Under the pieces are notes generated by a model. It had not been told where the DNA came from. It was given only the letters and a program-made list of their open reading frames with translations, and ran no database searches. The translations under genes were made by a program, and so were the position numbers. This document shows, one piece after another, positions 30,039 through 39,039 of a DNA stretch of 64,000 bases; positions within the stretch are counted from its first letter, which is position 1, and each line of letters starts with the position of its first letter. The stretch is from NCBI GenBank assembly GCA_963666285.1, contig OY762711.1, one strand, 5' to 3'. This DNA comes from Sedimentisphaerales bacterium. GTDB lineage: Bacteria; Planctomycetota; Phycisphaerae; Sedimentisphaerales; SM23-30.

Positions 30039-31622
30039 ATGGATAATCGTATCTGCCTGTATTATCGTGTTTTAGCTTTTATGTTGACATTTCTTGCATT
30101 TTATTCAGATTTACAAGCTGCAATTTGGGATGATGCGCCGCCGTCGACAGATGTTCTTGCAATACTTGAAAGTTTGCCACCTAAATACAGTGATCAGGCA
30201 AAGCCTGATTTCTATGTTGAAGAACAAATTCTTAATCCTTTGCTTATAAAGATAGAATATCTGGCAGAAAATGAACGTAGTAGCTTTTTGTGGTTTGGCA
30301 ATGATTCATTCCGGAGTCTTGGACTTGAGATGAAATGTCTGAATAGTTTGGGCTATCATGACGAGGTATTATGCCTTGGCGATAAGTTGTTTGATATATT
30401 TTATACCACTTTAAATAGTTATGAATTTTTGGAATGCATGCCTGAGATTGTAGATGCAGTTAAGATGTCGTCTCTGGAACCGCACGAAAAACTGGTATGG
30501 GTTATGGAAAGGTACAGGGGGAGTGTTGCGGTGGATGAAGATGTGATGCGGTTTATGCTGCCATCTGAAAGAGAATGTTTTTCCCAATGGTCTGAATTTT
30601 TGAAGCAGGACAGGCCGCAAATAATATGGAGTGAAACAGCTGATTTGCTTTTGGCTAAGTTGAATAATATATATGAGGATAATTCAACGCTGAAGCATAC
30701 AGAATTTTTGAAAAAAGAAAATTTATATAATTGGCATATAGATAATGTTGTGTTTTGCCTGAGAAAAGCCGGCAGGTATAAAGATATTGAAGGATTGCTA
30801 GTTAAGGAAGCAGAGGAAAATCATAATTTCATAGATTTAGTTGATTATTATATCGAAGCAAAACAATACCAAGAAGCAGAAAACTGGATAGAAAAAGGGA
30901 TTTACGCTTCATGCGGTGAAGATTATTATGTTTATTCTGAACTCTTATTTATGCAAAACCAGATCTTATTTGAAATGAGTCGATGGGAGGAAATGCTGGT
31001 CTTAGATGTTGTAAACATAATCTATGGAGATTTGGATGATTATTATGATCCTGATTTTAACTATGCCAGAGCAAGCGGTTTAAACGATAAGGTAGATTGG
31101 GTGGAGAAAAGTCTTATTGACTATTGTCAGTCTGGTAATATACCATGGCAGCAGCCTGGCTGGCCATTGCTTAAACCGCGGAAATGTTGGTTAGTTCGCG
31201 ATAAAAAATTGGAATCCAGGAGTTTTCCAAAGTACGATCATATACTTAGTTATTATGGTATGAAAGGCGATAGAGAAAAAAGTTTATACTGGTATCATTT
31301 TGCAATTGAAGATAATTATAAAGTACAAACTGAAATACTTGAAGACATAGTGTGGTTGATAGAAGAAATTTCACCTGATGATGCGTTTTTTATATGGGCC
31401 AGAAGAGCAGAAGAAGATATTAACAGTGGAGTTAATTATTGGAATGCTATGATTAATGTTCGTATGGGGCAGGCTGTTTGTGTTGATGCCGGACTTGAGA
31501 GCCGCTGGCAGGAATATGTTAGCCAATTTTGTGCTAAATACTCAGATAATAAACCTTTGATAGAAGAGTTTGAAAGAGCTCTCGAATTTGGTCCGCTCAA
31601 TTATAGAAGGCAGCTGAAATGA
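30039..31622 (+). CDS. Secreted alpha-helical hypothetical protein
   Basis: 527-aa ORF, signal-peptide-like N-terminus (…SDLQA), TPR-like helices. Confidence 0.75.
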   Translation: MDNRICLYYRVLAFMLTFLAFYSDLQAAIWDDAPPSTDVLAILESLPPKYSDQAKPDFYVEEQILNPLLIKIEYLAENERSSFLWFGNDSFRSLGLEMKCLNSLGYHDEVLCLGDKLFDIFYTTLNSYEFLECMPEIVDAVKMSSLEPHEKLVWVMERYRGSVAVDEDVMRFMLPSERECFSQWSEFLKQDRPQIIWSETADLLLAKLNNIYEDNSTLKHTEFLKKENLYNWHIDNVVFCLRKAGRYKDIEGLLVKEAEENHNFIDLVDYYIEAKQYQEAENWIEKGIYASCGEDYYVYSELLFMQNQILFEMSRWEEMLVLDVVNIIYGDLDDYYDPDFNYARASGLNDKVDWVEKSLIDYCQSGNIPWQQPGWPLLKPRKCWLVRDKKLESRSFPKYDHILSYYGMKGDREKSLYWYHFAIEDNYKVQTEILEDIVWLIEEISPDDAFFIWARRAEEDINSGVNYWNAMINVRMGQAVCVDAGLESRWQEYVSQFCAKYSDNKPLIEEFERALEFGPLNYRRQLK

Positions 31623-31718
31623 AAGTGTGATACTATTTAGCCGTAGCTTGCCGGAGGTTTGAACTGGTTGATAGGAATACAACGTGGGCAGTTTTCTAAT
31701 CAAAATGGTAGTTTTTTT

Positions 31719-31937
31719 TTACATCATTTCGCCGAAGATAAATAATGAAGTACCTATCCACCATACAGGAAGAAATATCCATCTTTTGGGAATATATAGA
31801 TAGGCGTATATCCATGCTACTGGTAAGATAAAGCAGCCGATCCACCATTTGATGGATTCCTCATATGCCGAGCTTAAAGTAATGTACCAGCAATACCCTG
31901 CAATTGCCCATCCTGTTAATGATATAAGATTTTCCAT
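31719..31937 (-). CDS. Small membrane protein (paralog of 36198-36437)
   Basis: Hydrophobic 72 aa; A(Y/W).ES..W.I.C.I...A.IY pattern shared with the paralog. Confidence 0.7.
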   Translation of the reverse strand: MENLISLTGWAIAGYCWYITLSSAYEESIKWWIGCFILPVAWIYAYLYIPKRWIFLPVWWIGTSLFIFGEMM

Positions 31938-32021
31938 TAAAAAATCCTGTTTTGATAAGATTCAAACCAAAACCAGCCTGTATTGTAATATCTATGTGCT
32001 TATAGTCAAGATGTATGTAAA
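31926..32021. repeat. 96-bp direct repeat, copy 2
   Basis: Contains the upstream region and first four codons of 31719-31937. Confidence 0.95.
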
Positions 32022-32275
32022 TTATATTGCATTTTGTGTAACTTGAAAAATAACAGAGAATTCATTGAAGAAGATTATAAGAGTTTACTAACCGAGCAAC
32101 GTAGTCCATATGACTGGATTTGGAGAAATCCTACAATAATAAAATGATATTTTACAGCGTGGGTTCTTCGACGATAAAACGTCGAAATATACCCACCCTT
32201 GTCATATGGTAGATTTGTGCTAAGATAGGTTTGTTTGGGCTTGTATGGTTGAATATGACAAGAATATTTATCTAG

Positions 32276-32304
32276 TTGAGAAAATGTCGTTTTTATTGTA
32301 ATAT
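32276..32304 (+). promoter_or_regulatory. Sigma70-type promoter for aroF
   Basis: TTGAGA-N17-TAATAT with TG immediately 5' of the -10. Confidence 0.55.
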
Positions 32305-32415
32305 GCAGACAGTAGCCCCGGTTTAGGCGATGCCGACGGGGTAGTTTTGATAAAATAGCTAAAATTTACCGGCCTGTCGGCATAAACCGGCCTGTAGACG
32401 ATAAAGGAAATAAAA

Positions 32416-33438
32416 ATGATAGTAGTAATGACCCCCGAATCAACCGAGGTGCAGCTGAGCCATGTGGTAGACCTGGTAACTGAGATGGGGCTGACCACCC
32501 ATATTATCAGGGGTACCGATCGTACTGTTGTAGCTGCCGTTGGTGATAAGCGTAATACTGATAAGAGTGCGATAGAGAACTGCGAAGGTGTCGAGAAGAT
32601 CGTGCCGATCCTGGCACCGTTTAAGGTAGCCTCCAAGGAAGTCAAACACGAAAAGACTGTTGTTGAGCTCAAGCCTGGTGGTGGCACTGTCGGTGGTAAG
32701 TCTATAGGCGTGATCGCCGGCCCCTGTGCGGTAGAATCCAGGGAGCAGGTTATGGAAGTAGCCCACGCGATAAAAGCTTCCGGTGCAATCGGCCTTCGTG
32801 GCGGAGCGTATAAGCCTCGTACCTCACCGTATTCGTTCCAGGGCCTGGCGGAAAAGGGGCTGGAATATCTGGCCGAGGCCGGTCAGGAGACAGGGTTGGC
32901 GATTGTTACCGAGGTTTTGAACGAGAATCATTGTGAGATGGTGGGTCAGTATGCCGATGTATTGCAGATAGGTGCCCGTAATATGCAGAATTTTATGCTG
33001 CTGAACGCTGCCGGTCGTCAGAAAAAGCCTGTCCTGCTGAAACGTGGTATGGTTGCAAGTATGGAAGAGTTCCTGCTGGCGGCAGAATATATTATCAATG
33101 CCGGTAACCCAAATGTTATCCTGTGCGAGCGTGGTGTGCGCACCTTTGAGCAATATTGCCGCAATACGCTGAACCTGTCGATAGTCCCGGCGATCCAGCG
33201 AGTAAGCCATCTGCCGATTATTGTTGATCCCAGCCATGGTACAGGTCATGCCTATATGGTTGAGCCTGCCTCAAAAGCTGCTATTGCCAGTGGTGCGGAC
33301 GGCTTGATTATCGAAGTTCATCCCGATCCGGAACATGCGTGCAGCGATGCCGGTCAGCAGCTAACGCCCGCAGCGTTTGATGCTCTTATGAAATCAGTTG
33401 GCCGAGTTGCTCATGCGGTAGATCGGGAGATGCCGTAG
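32416..33438 (+). CDS. aroF: DAHP synthase (type I-beta with N-terminal regulatory domain)
   Basis: IAGPCAVES, GGAYKPRTSPYSFQG, QIGARNMQN, LLKRG, DPSHGTG. Confidence 0.95.
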   Translation: MIVVMTPESTEVQLSHVVDLVTEMGLTTHIIRGTDRTVVAAVGDKRNTDKSAIENCEGVEKIVPILAPFKVASKEVKHEKTVVELKPGGGTVGGKSIGVIAGPCAVESREQVMEVAHAIKASGAIGLRGGAYKPRTSPYSFQGLAEKGLEYLAEAGQETGLAIVTEVLNENHCEMVGQYADVLQIGARNMQNFMLLNAAGRQKKPVLLKRGMVASMEEFLLAAEYIINAGNPNVILCERGVRTFEQYCRNTLNLSIVPAIQRVSHLPIIVDPSHGTGHAYMVEPASKAAIASGADGLIIEVHPDPEHACSDAGQQLTPAAFDALMKSVGRVAHAVDREMP

Positions 33439-33522
33439 AATGCCAGTTGGCATGGCAGTTGACGGCTGATGTTGGGTCGGACAATTATACAAATTACTTG
33501 CTAAATAGAGGATGGTGATGGT

Positions 33523-34557
33523 ATGCGAGTGATAGATCTTCGAAGTGATACGATAACCAAGCCTTGCCAGGCTATGCGTCAGGCGATGGCTAATGCCGAG
33601 GTTGGCGATGATGTGCTCGAAGCTGACCCAACGGTTGCAAAACTGGAAGAGTTTACTGCTGAGATATTAGGGATGGAGGCGTCGATATTTGTGCCTTCAG
33701 GCACGATGTCGAACCAGCTGGCGGTGCGATGTCTGACCGAGCCGGGTGATGAGATAATCATGGAGGAAAACTCGCATTGTTACTTTTATGAGGCAGGGGC
33801 ACCGGCTGCATTGTCCGGGGTAAGCTGCCGGTTGATTGGGGGCAGAAACGGGATATTTTCAGCTTGTGATGTTCAGATGGCATTGCGGCCCGCAAATATA
33901 CACTTTTTGCCGACTAAAGCTGTGCTTCTGGAAAATACTCATAACCGCGGCGGCGGGGCGGTTTGGCCTGTCGATGCGGTAAAGGAGGTGTCGGAATTTG
34001 CTAGGTCACGCGGGCTGAAGATGCATATGGACGGTGCGCGGTTATGGAATGCATCGGCGGCATCCGGGGTAAGCGAAAGTGAATATGCTAAGTATTTCGA
34101 TACGGTGAACGTCTGCTTTTCGAAGGGGCTGGGAGCACCGGTTGGTTCAGCTCTGGCCGGACCAAAAGATATCATAGAACGGGCGAGAAGATTCCGCAAG
34201 CAGTTCGGCGGTGCTATGAGGCAGTCCGGCATTATTGCGGCGGGTGCTTTGTTCGCGTTGGAGAAGAATCGAGAGCGGTTGAGAGAAGACCATGATAATG
34301 CAAGGATGCTGGCGGAAGGTCTGGCCAGGATAGAAGGTTTAGAAATAGACCTTGATACTGTTCAAACCAATATCATTGTAGTAAAAGCAAAAAATATGCT
34401 TGCAGAGCCGCTGGTTAACAGGCTGGCGGAAAAAGGGGTATGGGTGCTGCCTGTAAGCGGCTATGCGATTAGGGCGGTTACAAGCCTGGCAGTGAATGCT
34501 GACGATATTCAGGCAGCTGTCAAAGCGTTTGAACAGGCAGTTTCCGGGAATAGTTAA
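33523..34557 (+). CDS. ltaE: Low-specificity L-threonine aldolase
   Basis: DLRSDT, VGDDV, PSGTMSNQ, HMDGAR, CFSKGLGAPVGS. Confidence 0.95.
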   Translation: MRVIDLRSDTITKPCQAMRQAMANAEVGDDVLEADPTVAKLEEFTAEILGMEASIFVPSGTMSNQLAVRCLTEPGDEIIMEENSHCYFYEAGAPAALSGVSCRLIGGRNGIFSACDVQMALRPANIHFLPTKAVLLENTHNRGGGAVWPVDAVKEVSEFARSRGLKMHMDGARLWNASAASGVSESEYAKYFDTVNVCFSKGLGAPVGSALAGPKDIIERARRFRKQFGGAMRQSGIIAAGALFALEKNRERLREDHDNARMLAEGLARIEGLEIDLDTVQTNIIVVKAKNMLAEPLVNRLAEKGVWVLPVSGYAIRAVTSLAVNADDIQAAVKAFEQAVSGNS

Positions 34558-34611
34558 GGACACGTCTAAAGATCCATCTTTCGCAACAAAAGCAATTTCT
34601 AGAAGTACCCT
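34557..34611 (+). mobile_element. Short, internally deleted MITE-like copy abutting the ltaE stop codon
   Basis: aggacacgtctaaa...tttcgcaacaaaagcaatttctagaagtaccct, flanked by TA on both sides. Confidence 0.75.
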
Positions 34612-34723
34612 TAGGGTTGGTTCCCAATACTTTTAAGAAGGATATGCTTATTATTTGATTTTGGCGGGTTGGGTTTGTATACTTCAGCAAAACAGGTTAA
34701 ATGAAGAATATGATACCTTAAAG

Positions 34724-36061
34724 ATGAAACAGACAAGTTCTAGAGCACTGAAGATAGGGGCGATGAAGTCCGGTTATATTGAAGGCTGTTTCGCTATGCT
34801 TATGCTGGCGATGACTGAAGCCTTTTATATACCGTATTTGAATGCGCTGGGGGCCAGCCCGCTTCAGATAGGTCTGGGAGCATCTCTGCCGGCGTTGGTG
34901 TCGGCACTGGCACAATTATTTGCGCCTTCTGTTTTGTATTATTTTAACAGTCGTAAGAAGATGGTGGTTGTGACTGTCCTGGTTCAGGCGTCAGCGTTTA
35001 TTCCATTCGCGATTGCATGTCAGCTGCAGGAATCCTGGAATGTATGGTCGGCAATATCCGCGTTTCTGATCTCTGCGATTGCCGGAAATACCGGGGCTTC
35101 AGCATGGTCGGACTGGATGGCGAATATAATACCGTCCAGTCGTCGCGGCAGGTACTTTGCAGGTCGTAACCGGCTGCTTGGTGTTATTCAGCTGGTGGTG
35201 TCTATCACTGCCGGGCTGATTCTGGACAAAACTGCCGGAAAGGTGTTGACCGCATTTATGATGATATGGTTCGGCTGCTTTTTTGTGAGGACAATATCCG
35301 GGCTTATCCTTATGACGATGTACGATCCACCGGTGGCAGTATCAAAACCGAGCAGGGAAACCAGTTTTATTGTATTTTTGAGAAATCTGACAAAGAACAA
35401 TTTCGGCAGGTTTACTATCGCAACTTCTTTGATGAGTATCGGTACGAACTTTTCTGCTCCCTTTTTTGCGATCCATATGCTCAATCATCTGCATTTATCA
35501 TATCTTCAGTATGTAACGGTGAATATGACGGCGACAGCGGCAACGATAGTATCTTTGGGATTATGGGGAAAGTTAGTTGACAGGTTCGGCAGTGTGATTT
35601 TGCTGCGTATTTGTGCCGGGAGTATTGTGCTGCTGCCGGCATACTGGATATTTTTTGACCAGTTCAGTGCTTTACTATTAATTCAGGTCCTTGCCGGTTT
35701 TTCCTGGGGTGGGTTTAACCTGGCCGCGGTTATTTTTTATATGGGAGCAATTGATAGAAAACAGCGGGTAAGCAGTATAGCATATTTTAACTCTATCAAC
35801 TTCATCTGTGTAGCGGCCGGAGCGGCATTGGGTGGTGTGATAGGTCCGCTGCTGCCTGCGATAGGTAAATATCCGCTGTTGACGATCTTTATGGTAAGTA
35901 CAATTTTGAGACTTGGCCCTTCATTTCTTTTTGCCGCGGTCAAGGAACCAAAGGATATTATCGGCAGGAAAGGTCTTGATACCGCATTTTCCGATCCTCG
36001 AGTCAATATCCAGACAGGTATTGTTCGATCAATTTCTAAGATATTCAAGCGCAATATCTAA
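34724..36061 (+). CDS. MFS transporter
   Basis: About 12 TM helices; W..W...IIP..RRGRYF; WGKLVDRFG. Confidence 0.9.
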   Translation: MKQTSSRALKIGAMKSGYIEGCFAMLMLAMTEAFYIPYLNALGASPLQIGLGASLPALVSALAQLFAPSVLYYFNSRKKMVVVTVLVQASAFIPFAIACQLQESWNVWSAISAFLISAIAGNTGASAWSDWMANIIPSSRRGRYFAGRNRLLGVIQLVVSITAGLILDKTAGKVLTAFMMIWFGCFFVRTISGLILMTMYDPPVAVSKPSRETSFIVFLRNLTKNNFGRFTIATSLMSIGTNFSAPFFAIHMLNHLHLSYLQYVTVNMTATAATIVSLGLWGKLVDRFGSVILLRICAGSIVLLPAYWIFFDQFSALLLIQVLAGFSWGGFNLAAVIFYMGAIDRKQRVSSIAYFNSINFICVAAGAALGGVIGPLLPAIGKYPLLTIFMVSTILRLGPSFLFAAVKEPKDIIGRKGLDTAFSDPRVNIQTGIVRSISKIFKRNI

Positions 36062-36137
36062 AGAGAATATCGTTTGGGTGGAATTATCGAAGCAGTTGTT
36101 AACTGTATAAGACAGTACATGAATCGGGTAAAGAAAT

Positions 36138-36167
36138 AAAAAGGCTCATCTAGGAAAAGATGAGCCT
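36138..36167 (-). terminator. Rho-independent terminator
   Basis: aggctcatct/agatgagcct 10-bp stem with A-tract on +. Confidence 0.75.
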
Positions 36168-36197
36168 ATGATAATTATAGAAGAAATTATTTTTGTT

Positions 36198-36437
36198 TTA
36201 TGCAGCACCTACGGCCATATACATCCCGGTAAATTGTAAAACAGAACCTATAATACTAATTGCCAGATATTTCCATGTTTCGCCAAAGTTCATGATAACG
36301 TATATCAGGCAAGCAGGTGAAAGAATCAGGCATAAGATTCCCCAAAGTGGCGAAGATTCTTTCCATGCATGAACAACAATAAGAATCCAGCCAATAATAC
36401 CAATAATCAGACCTATTGAAGTTAAAAGACCAGCCAT
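36198..36437 (-). CDS. Small membrane protein
   Basis: 79 aa, three hydrophobic segments, GGAG SD. Confidence 0.8.
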   Translation of the reverse strand: MAGLLTSIGLIIGIIGWILIVVHAWKESSPLWGILCLILSPACLIYVIMNFGETWKYLAISIIGSVLQFTGMYMAVGAA

Positions 36438-36565
36438 AATAAAATCTCCAAATCAAAAAACAAAACATAACATGCCAACCAATTCAGCATAACGGCTGTA
36501 TTATAGAGTATAATATAGCCGTATGTCAAGAGTGTCGGTAGGCATTTGCCTGCTTTTGAATAGAT

Positions 36566-36595
36566 TTGCTTTTGTTAGATGCATCTAACTATAAT
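36566..36595 (+). promoter_or_regulatory. ldhA promoter with a palindromic operator in the spacer
   Basis: TTGCTT-N18-TATAAT; spacer contains the perfect palindrome GTTAGATGCATCTAAC (36574-36589). Confidence 0.6.
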
Positions 36596-36701
36596 CTTAT
36601 GAATAGTGGAAAGAGCCGTTCTGTAACTACCTGCCTGGAATGGGCTTATAATCATAAGAGGAAGCTGCGATAACGCTTTGTTATTGAGAGAGAGGTGTTG
36701 A

Positions 36702-37724
36702 ATGCAAATAGCAGTTTATAATACAAAACCGTATATTGAGAAGTTTTTTACCCATCTAAACCGCAAATTTAATCATGACCTGGAGTTTTTAACAGAAAGG
36801 CTCGATGCCGAGACAGCGCATCTTGCTGCCGGGAAAAAAGCGGTGTGTATATTTGTGAATGATTGTGCTGATGCCGAGACATTGCGAGTGTTGAAGAGTG
36901 TTGGAGTTGAGTTGATAGCGTTACGATGTGCGGGATATAATAATGTTGATTTAGAGCAAGCCAAGCAGCTGGGTCTTTGTGTTGTGCGAGTGCCGGCATA
37001 TTCACCGTATGCGGTCGCGGAGCATACCGTCGCCCTTATGATGGCACTCAATCGGAAGATATACCGGGCACATGGCCGGGTGCGTGAAGGTAATTTTTCA
37101 CTTGAAGGTTTGATGGGATTTGATATGCACGGGACGCCGGCCGGGATAATAGGAGCGGGCAAGATTGGCCGGGTAGTGGCAAAGATTCTAAATGGGTTTG
37201 GCTGTGAATTGTATGTGTATGATCCCAATAAAAATGAAGAGCTAGCTGCTATGGGAGTGAATTTTGTTGACCTGGATGAACTCTATCGAAAATCATATAT
37301 TATATCGCTTCATTGTCCGCTAACTCCGCAAACGAATCATTTAATAGACGCTGAGGCAATTAATAAAATGCGTGATTGCGTTATGCTTATTAACACCAGT
37401 CGGGGAGGTTTAATAGATACCATGGCAGCAATAGATGGATTAAAGAGTGGAAAGATCGGGTACCTGGGATTGGATGTATATGAGGAAGAGGATGGTATGT
37501 TTTTTGAGGATTTGTCAGATCAGATTATCCAGGACGATATTTTTGCGAGGCTGCTGATGTTTCCGAATGTACTTATTACCGGTCATCAGGCGTTTTATAC
37601 ATTTAACGCGGTAAAGGCGATTGCGGAGACAACACTGGAGAATATGGAATGTTTTGAGAAAGAACGACCTCAGAATATACTTACCTGTCGATGTAGAGAG
37701 AGGCAGCAGATAATCAGCAGGTAG
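36702..37724 (+). CDS. ldhA: D-lactate dehydrogenase (D-2-hydroxyacid dehydrogenase)
   Basis: ALRCAGYNNVD, VPAYSPYAVAEH, GAGKIG, INTSRG, GLDVYEEE, TGHQAF. Confidence 0.92.
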   Translation: MQIAVYNTKPYIEKFFTHLNRKFNHDLEFLTERLDAETAHLAAGKKAVCIFVNDCADAETLRVLKSVGVELIALRCAGYNNVDLEQAKQLGLCVVRVPAYSPYAVAEHTVALMMALNRKIYRAHGRVREGNFSLEGLMGFDMHGTPAGIIGAGKIGRVVAKILNGFGCELYVYDPNKNEELAAMGVNFVDLDELYRKSYIISLHCPLTPQTNHLIDAEAINKMRDCVMLINTSRGGLIDTMAAIDGLKSGKIGYLGLDVYEEEDGMFFEDLSDQIIQDDIFARLLMFPNVLITGHQAFYTFNAVKAIAETTLENMECFEKERPQNILTCRCRERQQIISR

Positions 37725-37742
37725 AAATGGGAGTAGATACAG

Positions 37743-37809
37743 AGGGGAAATTCAGGTAATTAAACTGATCTTAAACAATCGCATCAAAAGCAATTTCCAG
37801 AGGTCCCCT
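37743..37809 (+). mobile_element. Degenerate / partial MITE-like copy
   Basis: atcttaaacaatcgcatcaaaagcaatttccagaggtcccct matches the 3' end of the 51758 and 40038 copies. Confidence 0.7.
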
Positions 37810-37988
37810 TAATTAATTAGCTTGTAAGTAAGTGCGATTTATGCTTCGCATCATATACATGGCGTACTTTCGACTGTTCGTCTCTATATGCAAAGTTATT
37901 TTTGGCAATTAATGCGGCTTGAAATGTGCGGAAGTTAACATATAATAGTTCATAAATAAATGAATTTATATGATAGCGAGTGTGCAAA

Positions 37989-39008
37989 ATGAAGCATTTA
38001 GTTGTATGTTGTGATGGTACCTGGCAGGAGTTGGAGTCTTTGTACCCAACAAATGTCATGAAAATGGCACAATCTGTAAAATCCAAAGACGGCAAAGGTA
38101 ATCCGCAGATAATATATTATGATGAAGGTGTAGGAACCGAGAGCAAAAATGTCTTAACCGGCGGAGCGTTTGGCTGGGGGCTGGATAAGAATATTCTGCA
38201 GGCATATGTCTTTTTATGTCTGAATTATGTCGAAGGTGACAAGATCTATTTATTCGGCTTTAGTCGGGGAGCTTATACCGTGCGTTCGCTGGCCGGTTTG
38301 ATATATTGTTCAGGGCTGCTGAGGAGAGAGAAGATACGCTTGACGCCAAGGGCGTTTGAGCTGTATCGTGACCGTGAAATTAAGCCGTCAAGTGCGGAAG
38401 CGGTGAATTTTCGTAAAGCTTATGGTGATCGGGTTCCAATTGAGGTGCTGGGTTGCTGGGATACAGTCGGTTCGCTGGGTGTGCCGGACCAGATCCCGTT
38501 TCTGCCAATAGATAACTGGATAAATGCCAGATATCAATATCATGATACGGTAATAAATCGCATGGTAAAGAATGCTTTTCATGCGAAGGCTATCGATGAG
38601 CAGCGAAAGGTGTTTGATGTGAGTCCGATGACGGCATATAAGGATTGCGGCCATAAAATAGTAGAGAAATGGTTTCCTGGTGACCATGTCTGTGTGGGCG
38701 GCGGCGAAGAAAAAACAGCAAAGTTGTCTAACCGATGCCTGGAATGGATGGTCGAACAGCTTGAGATATGTGGTTGCGGCTTAAATGTAGATTTGTCTCT
38801 TGCTGAGGGTGGTGTCCAGACGGATTGTACAATAGACTTTGAAAATTCTATTAACAGTATGTTCAAGTTTTTAGGCAGGCGTGCCAGGGTAATTGAGGGT
38901 AGTTTTGACAATCTGGATGAGTCGGTAATTCGCAGATGGAGAGTGCTTGACTATTATCGACCGAAGAACCTTGCCGAGCGTTTTGGTAATTTACTGGATT
39001 CGCTATAG
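37989..39008 (+). CDS. DUF2235 (Tle1-like alpha/beta hydrolase) protein
   Basis: CCDGTW, TNV, YDEGVGT, FGFSRGAYTVRSLAG, WDTV, AIDEQR, WFPGDH..VGGG. Confidence 0.9.
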   Translation: MKHLVVCCDGTWQELESLYPTNVMKMAQSVKSKDGKGNPQIIYYDEGVGTESKNVLTGGAFGWGLDKNILQAYVFLCLNYVEGDKIYLFGFSRGAYTVRSLAGLIYCSGLLRREKIRLTPRAFELYRDREIKPSSAEAVNFRKAYGDRVPIEVLGCWDTVGSLGVPDQIPFLPIDNWINARYQYHDTVINRMVKNAFHAKAIDEQRKVFDVSPMTAYKDCGHKIVEKWFPGDHVCVGGGEEKTAKLSNRCLEWMVEQLEICGCGLNVDLSLAEGGVQTDCTIDFENSINSMFKFLGRRARVIEGSFDNLDESVIRRWRVLDYYRPKNLAERFGNLLDSL

Positions 39009-39039
39009 TTTTATGGTGTATCTTTCAGCAGTCTGTTGG

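Noticed and set aside
37989..39008. Type VI secretion effector locus
   Set aside because: DUF2235 occurs alone, with no vgrG, PAAR, hcp or adjacent immunity lipoprotein.
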